Below are positions 33,323 to 41,873 of a stretch of 58,911 bases of DNA, in pieces. The DNA lies in IMG/VR virus record IMGVR_UViG_3300026316_000001, positions 1 through 58,911 of that record. The stretch is one strand, 5' to 3'. The position numbers were made by a program, and so were the translations under genes. The stretch comes from a virus. Position 1 is the first letter of the stretch, and the number at the start of each line of letters is the position of its first letter. Under the pieces are notes generated by a model. The model was given only the letters and a program-made list of their open reading frames with translations. It did not search any database and was not told the origin of the DNA.

Positions 33323-33559
33323 CTACTGCTGGTCCGGGTCGTCGGGTACGTCGGCAGGATCATCCCACGCCTGGCGGGGCATCTTCTCGATCGCGGCGAC
33401 CTTGTCCTGAATGTCCGAGGGCAGGTCATCCCAGGTGGCCGCCTCGGGACCGCCGGCCGCCAGGTACGCCTGCTGGATCTCGAAGGCTTCGTCGGGGTGC
33501 ACGTCGTGGCCACCCAGCGCGTCGGACAGCCGGTGGTACAGGTCGGTCGTCGCGCTCAC
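33323..33559 (-). CDS. Acidic hypothetical protein (78 aa)
   Basis: GTGA overlap with the giant gene's stop. Confidence 0.55.
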   Translation of the reverse strand: MSATTDLYHRLSDALGGHDVHPDEAFEIQQAYLAAGGPEAATWDDLPSDIQDKVAAIEKMPRQAWDDPADVPDDPDQQ

Positions 33560-36500
33560 TGGGCCTCCTGGATGATCAGCACTGACCGGTTGAGCCAGTT
33601 GTACGCTTCCTTGCCCTTCTTGGACACGTGGTGCGAACTCATCGAGCGCTGCCCGTAGCTGACGGGGTCGATGCGGATGCCGTCCACACCCTTGGCGGCA
33701 GCGTACCGGCCCTGGTCATACAGGGTGCCGGTCTCGAAGCGGTTGCCCTTGGCGGCCGAGGTGGGCTTGGCGATGGCCGACGCCTCCCGGGCCATCTTCT
33801 CGTGCGTCTCGATCACCGCCGCCTTCGGAATCAAGATCCGCAGGACGCTGTTCCTGGTGTTGTCTGAGTACCGGTCGGCCACGTGCTTCTGCCCGGCCAG
33901 GTAGTACCCGTTACCGAAGACGCCCTTGCCGTAGTAGGCCGGGCCGCTGCGCATCTCCTCGTTGATCTTCTCGGCGCTCTTGCCGCCGGCACCGCTGACC
34001 CCACGCCATACCTCGATGTAGTCGCCCGTGGCCAGCAGGCGGTCCATCTCAGCCTTGCTGACGACGGTGGGCGTGTCATCGAAGCCCTGCATGGCGCCGA
34101 TCGCGGCCAGCCGGCCGTCCGCCGTCTTGCCGTCGTACTGCTTGCGCGCCTGCTTCACGTCCTGGCGCAGCTTGTCGATCGCTGCCTTGTCGGTCAAGAG
34201 GTTGCGTCCCGTCGATGGCTTGTGTGGCGTGGCCGGCTTGGGCACGCTGGGCGTCCCGGTCAGGCGCGGCAACTTCTTGGTGACCGGACCCGGGCGGCCC
34301 ACGCTCGGGGTGCCGGCCGGGTACAGGCTGACCACGTTGCGCTCCAGCGCGCCGCCGGCCAGCGGCCCGAGCAGCTTGCCGCTCTTGTCCAGCTTGCGGA
34401 TCTCGTCGATGGTCATCCACCTTGCGTCGGAGGTCTCCGCGCGGGCGTGGTGGGTCGAGAGATCCGGGGTGAGCTGGCTCGGCACCGTGGCGGCGATGGT
34501 CGTGTACTTCCACTCGCCGTTCTTCGGGCCGACCACGCCCTGAATGGTGAACACGTGCTCGCCGTGTACCCGGGCGCTGTCCAGGGCACCGGCCTTGAAT
34601 CCCAGCTCCTCGGTCGTCTCGCGGGTGGCGCCCTGGTGCGGCGTCTCCAGGGAGTCGATCGCGCCGCCGGGGAACTGCCACTTCCCGGGGTCGCTGATGC
34701 CCGGACCGCGCTCGATCATCAGATACCGCTCGGTGCCTGAGCTGTCGACGTGGCGCAGCATCACACCGGCCGCGCCGTACTTGCCCCATGGCCCGGACCC
34801 GCCGTTGACCTTGCGGGTGAACCCGTCGCCGCTCTGGCCCTTGCTGGTTGCCTGCTTCAGCATCCCGGGCCGTCCGCCGGGGTCGGGGTAGCGGTTCTGG
34901 CCGGCGACCGCGTTGGCCGGGACGTTGATCGGCTGGTTGGGGATTTGTCCGGGTGGGGTGCCGGGCGGGGTGAAGTAGTCGATCAGCTTCTGGGCGCGGG
35001 CGGCGTTGGTGCCGCCCTTCGAGGTGGTGACGATGTACGACAGGTCGCCCAGGAGCGTCGTCTGCTCGTGCGGCTGGAGGCTCTGGAAGTCAGCGGTCCG
35101 GATTCCCGCATACGCCTTGAGCTGCTGGGCGGTGGTGTGGGCCTTCGGGTGCACGCCGTAGAGCGTGTCCAGGACTTCCTGGACGTTGGGCCTGGCGCTC
35201 GTGGTGGCCGGCGCGGCGGGGGCGTGCGGCGAGACCCAGCCCGGGTGCAACTGAGCCATGATCTTGGCCCAGCCGGCGGGCTGGCTGGCACTTAGGCCGG
35301 TCACGCGCTCGTCGATGGCGTCGCGGTACGCCTTGGGCAGCTCGCCGTACTCCTTGCTGCTCAGTGGGTTCAGCGTGGTGAGCACGTCGCTGTCGCTGTG
35401 TCGGCCGTATGGGTCGGTGACCAGGATGGCGCGCTTCTGGTCACCGGAGCGCGGCGGCGTCACTCCCTTAAGGGCGTCGATGTGCCTCTGAATCTGGTGC
35501 CGATCACCGAGCGGCTCGGAACCTCCCGCGAGACTGGCCATGTCGGCGTCTACCAGGTGCTTGTCGCCGCCGTTGAGCTGCTGGTACGAGGAGTGATCTA
35601 GGGCCAGGTAGGTGCGCAGCCGGTCCGGGTCGTCGTGATCCGCCTTGTGGATGCCGGCAGCCAGCGCGGCGCTGAGCGCGGCACCCGAGGAGTAGGCCGG
35701 CAGCGTGCCGTCGAACTTGGCCTGGACGTGGTGAGCCATGTACCGCGTGTGCGCGTCGCTGGAATTGGCAGCCGTGGCGAGCTGGTGCTCGATGGCCGTC
35801 TGGTGCGCCTGCGGTAGCGCGTCAAAGTCCTTCTGGGACAGGTTCTGGTAGGCCGTGACCCGGCCCAGGTGGCTCTTCAGGTGGTCGTGTGTCGCGTCGA
35901 TCGCGGCCGTCTGCGCGGGGCCGTAGTGCGCGCCGTGGATCTTGTCTAGCATCACCTGGAAGCGACCACCATCCAGCCCGTTGGAGGCGTCGCGCACGGA
36001 CTCGACCGCCTTGACCAGCGCCTGCTGGGCATTCGGGCTCAGGTCGTGATACCGGTCCAGGTTGGGCTTGATCGCATCGGCGCCGAGGACCACGGCGATA
36101 GTGCTCCGCTGGTTGCCTGCCCCGAGCAGGCTCAGCACGCTTTCGTTGCGTCGCTCCTTGATCGCCTCCTGGAGTACGGGCGCGAGTTTCTTCAGCTCGT
36201 CGTCGCTGGGCGCCAGGAGATCGTCGAGCTGGTACGTGGTCGCGTACCACTTCCCGCTGTTACTCGGTTGCATGGTGGCCACGGCCAGGGCTTCGCGCAC
36301 GTCGGTGCCGCCGGCCGTCTTGTACCCGGGGGCCCCGGTGTGCAGCCGAGCACGCAACCAGGCCGGCAGCGTGGTGTCAGCCTCCAGGGCAGCGCGATGC
36401 GCCTCCAGGGCGTCGCGTCGCTCCGGGGTCTGCGCGGCTATCCGCGCGCTCATGTAGCGATTAGCGATATCCGCCGGGTCGGTGGCCGCCTTCAGGTTGT

Positions 36501-38451
36501 CCAGCTCGCTGAACAGGACCGAGGCGTCGTGCTTGCCGGTACCGCCCTTGTCCTCGAAGCGCGCGATCAGGGCATCAGCCGCCGCCCGCTTCTTGGGGTC
36601 GAGGAACTTCGCCCGCGCGGCGTCGAGATCGTCACGGATCTTGGTCTGGGTGGCCGGTGCGAGGCTGTCGAACTCAGCCCGGGTGAGCTTGCCGTAGGCG
36701 TCCACGTGGGTCTTGGATAGCGCCGCGCCGGGTGCCGACCGGCTGGCCACGGACGCGGCGTGCTTCACGTGGGCAGCGGCGGTCGCGGGCAGCGGAGCGC
36801 TGGGCGTCGGGCCGGCCGCCGGCTTCGCGCTCGGCGCAGGCGTTCCCGTACCGGTGCCGAACAGGCGCGAGTGGATCGTAGCCGCCTTCTGGCTGACGAA
36901 GCCCTGACCCGGACTGCCGGCAAGGCCACGCAAGCCCTTGAGATCGCTCTCCAGAAGGTACTGCTCGTTATCGGTGAGGCTGGCCAGGTCGGCTTTGGTC
37001 AGGTTGTCGTACGCGGCCAGGCGCTTGGCATCCGGCATGGTGGCCAGGCCCTTGAGCGCGACGCGGGCCTGGATGATCGAGATCGGCGAGGACGCGGGCG
37101 CCCCCACGGCGGTGTTCGGGACACCGGCTACCGGCGGTCGCTTGAGCGCATCCTGGACACCCTGCGGCACGCCCGGGGTACCAGCCTCGACGTGGTTGGT
37201 GATCTCGGTGTGCAGCGCGCCGCGCTCTTTGTCGGTCAGCCCCTTCTTGTCCCCAACGTTCTTAACCAGGTTGGTGATCGACTTCTGGACCTCGGGGTGA
37301 TCGGTGAGCTTGTCGCCTGGCCCCTGTTTGCCCTTGATCTTGGTCAGGGCGCCCTTGAGCGTGTCCGGCCCCACGTTGGTCTTGCCCTGGATCGCCACCA
37401 CCACGTCATGCAGTGCCTGGGCCTGGGCGGCAAGCTTCTGGTCGGTGAGCTGCGCGGCGCGGACCGGCACGTTGGTCTTCACCTGGCCGGCGATGTTGGA
37501 CACCACGTCCTTGGCGCCCTGCACGGTCGGTGGAGTGAAGCCGGGCTGGGCCTGGCCGGCGCCCGGCGCGGTGTACGTGATGTCCTTGAGCAGGCTCTTG
37601 GGTACCGGCTTGCCCTGCGCCTTCAGGGCTGCGATCTTGGCCCGTCGTCGTTCGTTCAGCTTCTCGACGCGGGTCTTCTCGTAGGCGTGGTACGCCCCCG
37701 GGGCTACGGCGTGCAGGGTGTGCTTCCAGCCTTTGCACGGGCCGGGGTGCAGCGGGTTGCGGCAGAACTCGCCGACCTCGCAGCCCCAGTGCGCGGCAGC
37801 GACCAGGGCATATAGGGCGAACTGGAAGGGCTGGCCGAGCGCGTACAGCGCGACCTCGTCCATCCACATGGAGTGATGCGCGCGAGCGCGCGGGTGCCGG
37901 GCAGCCGCCTTGTGCAGCGCCTGACGCTTGACCTGTGCGTTGGCCCGCGTGACGGCCGCCGACTGCCGTGCCGCGTTGGCCTGGTCGATGGCCGTATTCC
38001 GCGCCTCCGCGCTGTCGTGACGCTGCTGAAGCCTGGCATGAAGCTGGTCGGCGCGGGCTACCGCGCGCCCGTGCTGGTGCAGCGCGTGGGCGTAGTCGGT
38101 GGCCGCCGCCTGCACTCTCGCGTGTCCCTGGTTGGCGCCGAGCTGCTGGGCGAGCTGTTGGGCGTGCTGGTAGGCGGCGGCGTACCCGCCCTGTGCGGCC
38201 TGCTCCAGGTCGGACTGCTGGCGGGTCTTCGCGGCCGGCGCCACCGGTACCGCGACATGTGGCCGCTGGTAGGGCTGGACCTGCTGCTGTTGGGCGCCTC
38301 CACGCTTGACCCCGGCACAGACGCCGGGCTTGTGGGTGGCCAGGCAGTACGCGCCACCATAGAGCTGGCCGGCGTCCTGGCACGAGGCGTGCTCGTCCAC
38401 CTGGAGGGAGCGAGCCGCATCGAGACCGTACAGCTCGGCGATCTCGCTCAC
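33556..38451 (-). CDS. Giant head-module protein (1,631 aa): Cys/His N-terminus, repeated helical modules, Nudix hydrolase domain, ART/PARP-like C-terminal domain
   Basis: GTGA overlap with the MuF stop; Nudix box GAIDSLETPHQGATRETTEELGF (34597-34665); C-terminus EVWRG...GKGVFGNGYYLAGQKHVADRYS...VLRILIPKAAV. Confidence 0.75.
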   Translation of the reverse strand: MSEIAELYGLDAARSLQVDEHASCQDAGQLYGGAYCLATHKPGVCAGVKRGGAQQQQVQPYQRPHVAVPVAPAAKTRQQSDLEQAAQGGYAAAYQHAQQLAQQLGANQGHARVQAAATDYAHALHQHGRAVARADQLHARLQQRHDSAEARNTAIDQANAARQSAAVTRANAQVKRQALHKAAARHPRARAHHSMWMDEVALYALGQPFQFALYALVAAAHWGCEVGEFCRNPLHPGPCKGWKHTLHAVAPGAYHAYEKTRVEKLNERRRAKIAALKAQGKPVPKSLLKDITYTAPGAGQAQPGFTPPTVQGAKDVVSNIAGQVKTNVPVRAAQLTDQKLAAQAQALHDVVVAIQGKTNVGPDTLKGALTKIKGKQGPGDKLTDHPEVQKSITNLVKNVGDKKGLTDKERGALHTEITNHVEAGTPGVPQGVQDALKRPPVAGVPNTAVGAPASSPISIIQARVALKGLATMPDAKRLAAYDNLTKADLASLTDNEQYLLESDLKGLRGLAGSPGQGFVSQKAATIHSRLFGTGTGTPAPSAKPAAGPTPSAPLPATAAAHVKHAASVASRSAPGAALSKTHVDAYGKLTRAEFDSLAPATQTKIRDDLDAARAKFLDPKKRAAADALIARFEDKGGTGKHDASVLFSELDNLKAATDPADIANRYMSARIAAQTPERRDALEAHRAALEADTTLPAWLRARLHTGAPGYKTAGGTDVREALAVATMQPSNSGKWYATTYQLDDLLAPSDDELKKLAPVLQEAIKERRNESVLSLLGAGNQRSTIAVVLGADAIKPNLDRYHDLSPNAQQALVKAVESVRDASNGLDGGRFQVMLDKIHGAHYGPAQTAAIDATHDHLKSHLGRVTAYQNLSQKDFDALPQAHQTAIEHQLATAANSSDAHTRYMAHHVQAKFDGTLPAYSSGAALSAALAAGIHKADHDDPDRLRTYLALDHSSYQQLNGGDKHLVDADMASLAGGSEPLGDRHQIQRHIDALKGVTPPRSGDQKRAILVTDPYGRHSDSDVLTTLNPLSSKEYGELPKAYRDAIDERVTGLSASQPAGWAKIMAQLHPGWVSPHAPAAPATTSARPNVQEVLDTLYGVHPKAHTTAQQLKAYAGIRTADFQSLQPHEQTTLLGDLSYIVTTSKGGTNAARAQKLIDYFTPPGTPPGQIPNQPINVPANAVAGQNRYPDPGGRPGMLKQATSKGQSGDGFTRKVNGGSGPWGKYGAAGVMLRHVDSSGTERYLMIERGPGISDPGKWQFPGGAIDSLETPHQGATRETTEELGFKAGALDSARVHGEHVFTIQGVVGPKNGEWKYTTIAATVPSQLTPDLSTHHARAETSDARWMTIDEIRKLDKSGKLLGPLAGGALERNVVSLYPAGTPSVGRPGPVTKKLPRLTGTPSVPKPATPHKPSTGRNLLTDKAAIDKLRQDVKQARKQYDGKTADGRLAAIGAMQGFDDTPTVVSKAEMDRLLATGDYIEVWRGVSGAGGKSAEKINEEMRSGPAYYGKGVFGNGYYLAGQKHVADRYSDNTRNSVLRILIPKAAVIETHEKMAREASAIAKPTSAAKGNRFETGTLYDQGRYAAAKGVDGIRIDPVSYGQRSMSSHHVSKKGKEAYNWLNRSVLIIQEAQ

Positions 38452-39335
38452 CTGACGAACCTCCTGGACAGATCCAGATGCTCGCCGGGTCGCAGCAGCA
38501 CCTGCGAGCATCTGCATTGGATCACTTCTTCAGGTAGAGCGACAGGCCCGCGCGCCCCGGGGTGATCCAGCAGGGCCTGGCCCACCGCGAACGGCTCATC
38601 CAGGGGTACGCGCTGGCCGGTGCCGGGGGTACCGAGGTCGGCCGCGAGGTGGGTCGGGCGTACCCGCTCGTCGTGGGTGGCCAGCCAGCCGTGTTCCCAT
38701 TCGCCGCCGAGCTGGGCCGCGTAAGACTGGAAGCCGGCGTGCGTGCCGGCGTTGTAGGCACCGATGGCCTCGGTGCGCGCCACCACCAGCGCGCGGTTCT
38801 TCCAGGTGGCCACCTCGTTGTCGGAGAGCACGGTCTCGATCCGGGCGGCCAGCTCGCCGATCGCGGCGCCCTCGTGGTGAGCCTTGGCGACCTCGCTGGT
38901 GATGAGGGTGTAGACCTCGTCCGGCACGTTGGCCAGTCGGTTCTTGGCCACTTGCAGGTAGCTCTCGACGCGGCCGGGCGGCAGCGGCGCGGCGAGCATC
39001 ACGTCGTGCCAGGCGCTCTGGTAGATCTCGCGGATCTCCACATCGATCACGTCGCCGAGCGCGAGACGGAACGCGGGCGCGGCGGCGAAGACGGCCGGCG
39101 GGTCCACCACCCGCCCGTGGACAACCCGGTCCCGAACGCCATCGATCCACTTGGAGAGCATCCCGAGGTAGGAGCGGAACAGCGAACGCTCTGCCTTGAC
39201 CATCTGGGCGAAGCGCCGCCAGCGGATCGGCAGCCACGGATCCGGCGCGGTACCGGCCAGCGCCACAGCGCCCACCGCGACGGCGGTACCGGCGCCCGGC
39301 CCGGTCGGCTGTTGAGGCTGCTCGGGCTGGGTCAC
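38448..39335 (-). CDS. MuF/SPP1 gp7-like head morphogenesis protein (295 aa)
   Basis: GTGA overlap with the portal stop; NRALVVARTEAIGAYNAGTHAGF...WLATHDERVRPTHLAADG = Phage_Mu_F pattern. Confidence 0.75.
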   Translation of the reverse strand: MTQPEQPQQPTGPGAGTAVAVGAVALAGTAPDPWLPIRWRRFAQMVKAERSLFRSYLGMLSKWIDGVRDRVVHGRVVDPPAVFAAAPAFRLALGDVIDVEIREIYQSAWHDVMLAAPLPPGRVESYLQVAKNRLANVPDEVYTLITSEVAKAHHEGAAIGELAARIETVLSDNEVATWKNRALVVARTEAIGAYNAGTHAGFQSYAAQLGGEWEHGWLATHDERVRPTHLAADLGTPGTGQRVPLDEPFAVGQALLDHPGARGPVALPEEVIQCRCSQVLLRPGEHLDLSRRFVR

Positions 39336-41287
39336 TGCGCCGCCCGCTCCAGCACCACGCGCAGCAGCTCCGGGCGGTGCTCCACGCCACGCAGCAGCAG
39401 CTCCGTGCAGTACTCGCGCAGCACGTACTCCAGGTCGTTCTCCGGCACGTTGACGTGCGCGGCGAGCTGGGCCAAGTGTGCCCATGCCCCGGTCAGCAGC
39501 TCGCCGGCATGGTCGCGGTCGCGCGGTCGGATGCGGGTGTGGATGCGGAACTTCGGCACGTCGGCGTGCTGGCCCCGGGAGGCCCGGTCCAGCAGCCGGC
39601 CGCCGGCCATCTCCAGCGCGCGGTAGACGACCTGCTCGGCGCCGGGCAGCAGCGCGGCCAGGTTGATCGCGGCGGCGTGCTGGGCCACCAGCTCGGCCAC
39701 GCCCGAGGCGGCCAGGGCTTGCCGGCGGCCACGCTGCGCCGGGCTGGTCTGGCCGACCGGCATGTCGGGGATCGCGCCCATCGGGCCGCCGGTATCGTCC
39801 GGCGGCGGCTGGTCGGTGGGGTACTGGTCTGGCGGCAGCGCGCCTTCCGGGGCGGCCGGTGCCGGCGGCTGAAGGCCGGCGCTGATGACGGCCGTCGGAA
39901 CGCCGAGCACCTGCGCGACACCGGGCGCGGCGATCAGCGCCGGGTTGAGCTTGCAAAGCTGCCAGAGCTGCCACTGGAGCATCTGCTTCTGGTTCTGCTT
40001 GTCGCCGTCCTCGAACGCGCCGGCCGCACGCAGCGCCTCATCGTTGATCAGGCCCCGGTCCCAGAGGTTCTGGGCGTCCTCCATGCGGTTGGGTCGCACG
40101 GTCAGCGGGCTGGTGTCGTACCAGAGGGTGAACTTCTCCGGGTCCTTGCCGAGCACCTTCAGGGCCGGCTGAAGGTAGGCCTCCGTAAAGGCGTCACAGA
40201 CCCGTACCAAAACGGGCTCAATGAACAGCTTTATGGACGATTCCTCTATCTGCCAGCTCCCCCAGTGGTTGGCCTCGCCCTGCCCGAGGAGGTCTTCCGG
40301 GGCGATGTCCAGGCCGAGCGCCAGCCGGCGGATAGCCTGGTCGAGCTTCTGTTGCAGCTCGGCCGTCAGCGGGGTGTCGAACTTGATGTGAGCGAAGGAC
40401 TGCGAAACGTTGTCGTAGCGGCCCTCGCCGGTCGGCACGGTGGCCAGGATCGGCACCAGACCGGCAGCCGTGCCGGCCCCGGTGAGCTGGGCACGGGCCG
40501 ACTCCAGGATCTGATCCAGCAGACCCTGCACGCCGCCGGCCTTGTCCTCCGCGTGCGGGAAGTCCACGCCCTCGCGCAGCAGCAGCAGCCCGGCCGAGAT
40601 CAGCCGCGAGTCGATCTGGCTGAAGCAGAGCTGGGTCAGCCGCTCGATCTCACGCAGGATCGGCAGGACCGAGCGCGCCGGAGAGTCGGCCTGGTCGAAC
40701 AGGCGCGGGTGCGGCGTCCACACCCGCATGAGGATGTCGGTGCCCTTCTTCAGGGCTCGCCGGCCGCCGCCGATCGTCATGGGTCGCTTGACGAAGATCG
40801 TGTTGCCTTCGCGGGCCAGCTCCTTGGCGCTGGCCACGTACCACTTGTCACCGTCGGCCCGGCTGCCACCCTCGGCGACGACGAAGCACTCGCCGGCTAC
40901 GTAGTTCTGGATACCGATGGTGCGCAGGCCTTCGCCCTTGGCCGCCGGGCCACCGAAGATCGACTCCGCCAGCACCTGAATCTGCGGATCTGCGGACTCC
41001 TTGCCGGGGCGACCCCGCTCGTCCAGCTCGGCCACGTACAAACGGCAGCGCGACAGCGCGCCTGCATGTCGATTGGCCACGAAGCGGAACTCACCGTTGA
41101 TGTCGTAGTGCCGCCACGCCTCCTGCTGCCACTCCAGGTCGCGGATGCGCAGAGACTCGCTGGACTGGCCTTCCAGCCGGACCTGGCTGGCCGCCGCGAT
41201 GATCGACGGCAGTCCCCGATACTCCTCGACGGCCGCCGGGAGCAGGTCGCGCACAGCGGCCGGGGTGCGCCGGAGCAGTCGGGCCAC
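39332..41287 (-). CDS. Portal protein (651 aa)
   Basis: Size and position between terminase and MuF; RVWTPHPRLFDQADSPARSVLPILREIERL is typical of actinophage portals. Confidence 0.8.
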   Translation of the reverse strand: MARLLRRTPAAVRDLLPAAVEEYRGLPSIIAAASQVRLEGQSSESLRIRDLEWQQEAWRHYDINGEFRFVANRHAGALSRCRLYVAELDERGRPGKESADPQIQVLAESIFGGPAAKGEGLRTIGIQNYVAGECFVVAEGGSRADGDKWYVASAKELAREGNTIFVKRPMTIGGGRRALKKGTDILMRVWTPHPRLFDQADSPARSVLPILREIERLTQLCFSQIDSRLISAGLLLLREGVDFPHAEDKAGGVQGLLDQILESARAQLTGAGTAAGLVPILATVPTGEGRYDNVSQSFAHIKFDTPLTAELQQKLDQAIRRLALGLDIAPEDLLGQGEANHWGSWQIEESSIKLFIEPVLVRVCDAFTEAYLQPALKVLGKDPEKFTLWYDTSPLTVRPNRMEDAQNLWDRGLINDEALRAAGAFEDGDKQNQKQMLQWQLWQLCKLNPALIAAPGVAQVLGVPTAVISAGLQPPAPAAPEGALPPDQYPTDQPPPDDTGGPMGAIPDMPVGQTSPAQRGRRQALAASGVAELVAQHAAAINLAALLPGAEQVVYRALEMAGGRLLDRASRGQHADVPKFRIHTRIRPRDRDHAGELLTGAWAHLAQLAAHVNVPENDLEYVLREYCTELLLRGVEHRPELLRVVLERAAQ

Positions 41288-41290
41288 GTC

Positions 41291-41692
41291 TCACCCCTCG
41301 CGGGTTGCCAGGAAGCCGGTCACGTGCGAGAACGCCAGCGCAAGCGCGGGCAGCAGCAGCCATGGCCGGTCGCCCCAGTACCAGGCCAGCGGTGCGACCA
41401 CGGCCCCGGTCCAGGTGGACACACACCAGGGGCAGACAACCAGGTAGGCCAGCAGCGGCGGTCGATCAGCGTGGTTGGACATCACCATGGCCAGCGCCTT
41501 ACGGCGTTCCTCGACAGTGGGCTCCTGCTTGGTCCACGAGTGGGCTCGCCGCCAGGCGGCCACGATCCAGGCCCGGCGCGGTCGCTCGAAGATCTTGTCC
41601 GCCGTGATCATCCGGGTAGTCCGCGCCACGGCCAGCGCGTACACAACGAGGATGATCGGCGAGAGCATGAGCACAGCATAGGGGCGCTTCAC
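41291..41692 (-). CDS. DUF1360-like membrane protein (start GTG 41692 or ATG 41668)
   Basis: LSPIILVVYALAVARTTRMITADKIFERPR plus C-terminal TM spans and CPWC; located between terminase and portal. Confidence 0.55.
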   Translation of the reverse strand: MKRPYAVLMLSPIILVVYALAVARTTRMITADKIFERPRRAWIVAAWRRAHSWTKQEPTVEERRKALAMVMSNHADRPPLLAYLVVCPWCVSTWTGAVVAPLAWYWGDRPWLLLPALALAFSHVTGFLATREG

Positions 41693-41873
41693 CTGGAACG
41701 GCACAACCCATCCGGAGGAGCACACAGGGCGCCCGCCGAGGTGAGCGCCCTGTGTCAACCCCACATCCCCCGATGGATGGTTGGCGCTCGCGCCGCCGCG
41801 TCCGTCGGTGATCGCTGATCTTGGGGAAGACGGGACCGGCCGAGCTGGCAGCGGCGCGAGGCTTGCCGGAATC

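Noticed and set aside
35032-37020. CRISPR-like or tandem DNA repeats
   Set aside because: No regularly spaced identical DNA repeats occur anywhere. The periodicity in the giant gene exists only at protein level, and the only exact DNA repeats are the 25-mer pair at 4033/4096, the 17-mer pair at 57095/57359 and the 99-bp ends.
41722-41758. TTGACA plus an 11-bp inverted repeat after terL, considered as a promoter
   Set aside because: There is no -10-like hexamer 16-19 nt downstream on the minus strand. It more likely acts as a terminator or attenuator hairpin between terL and the DUF1360-like gene. It is kept only as part of the palindrome-box observation.
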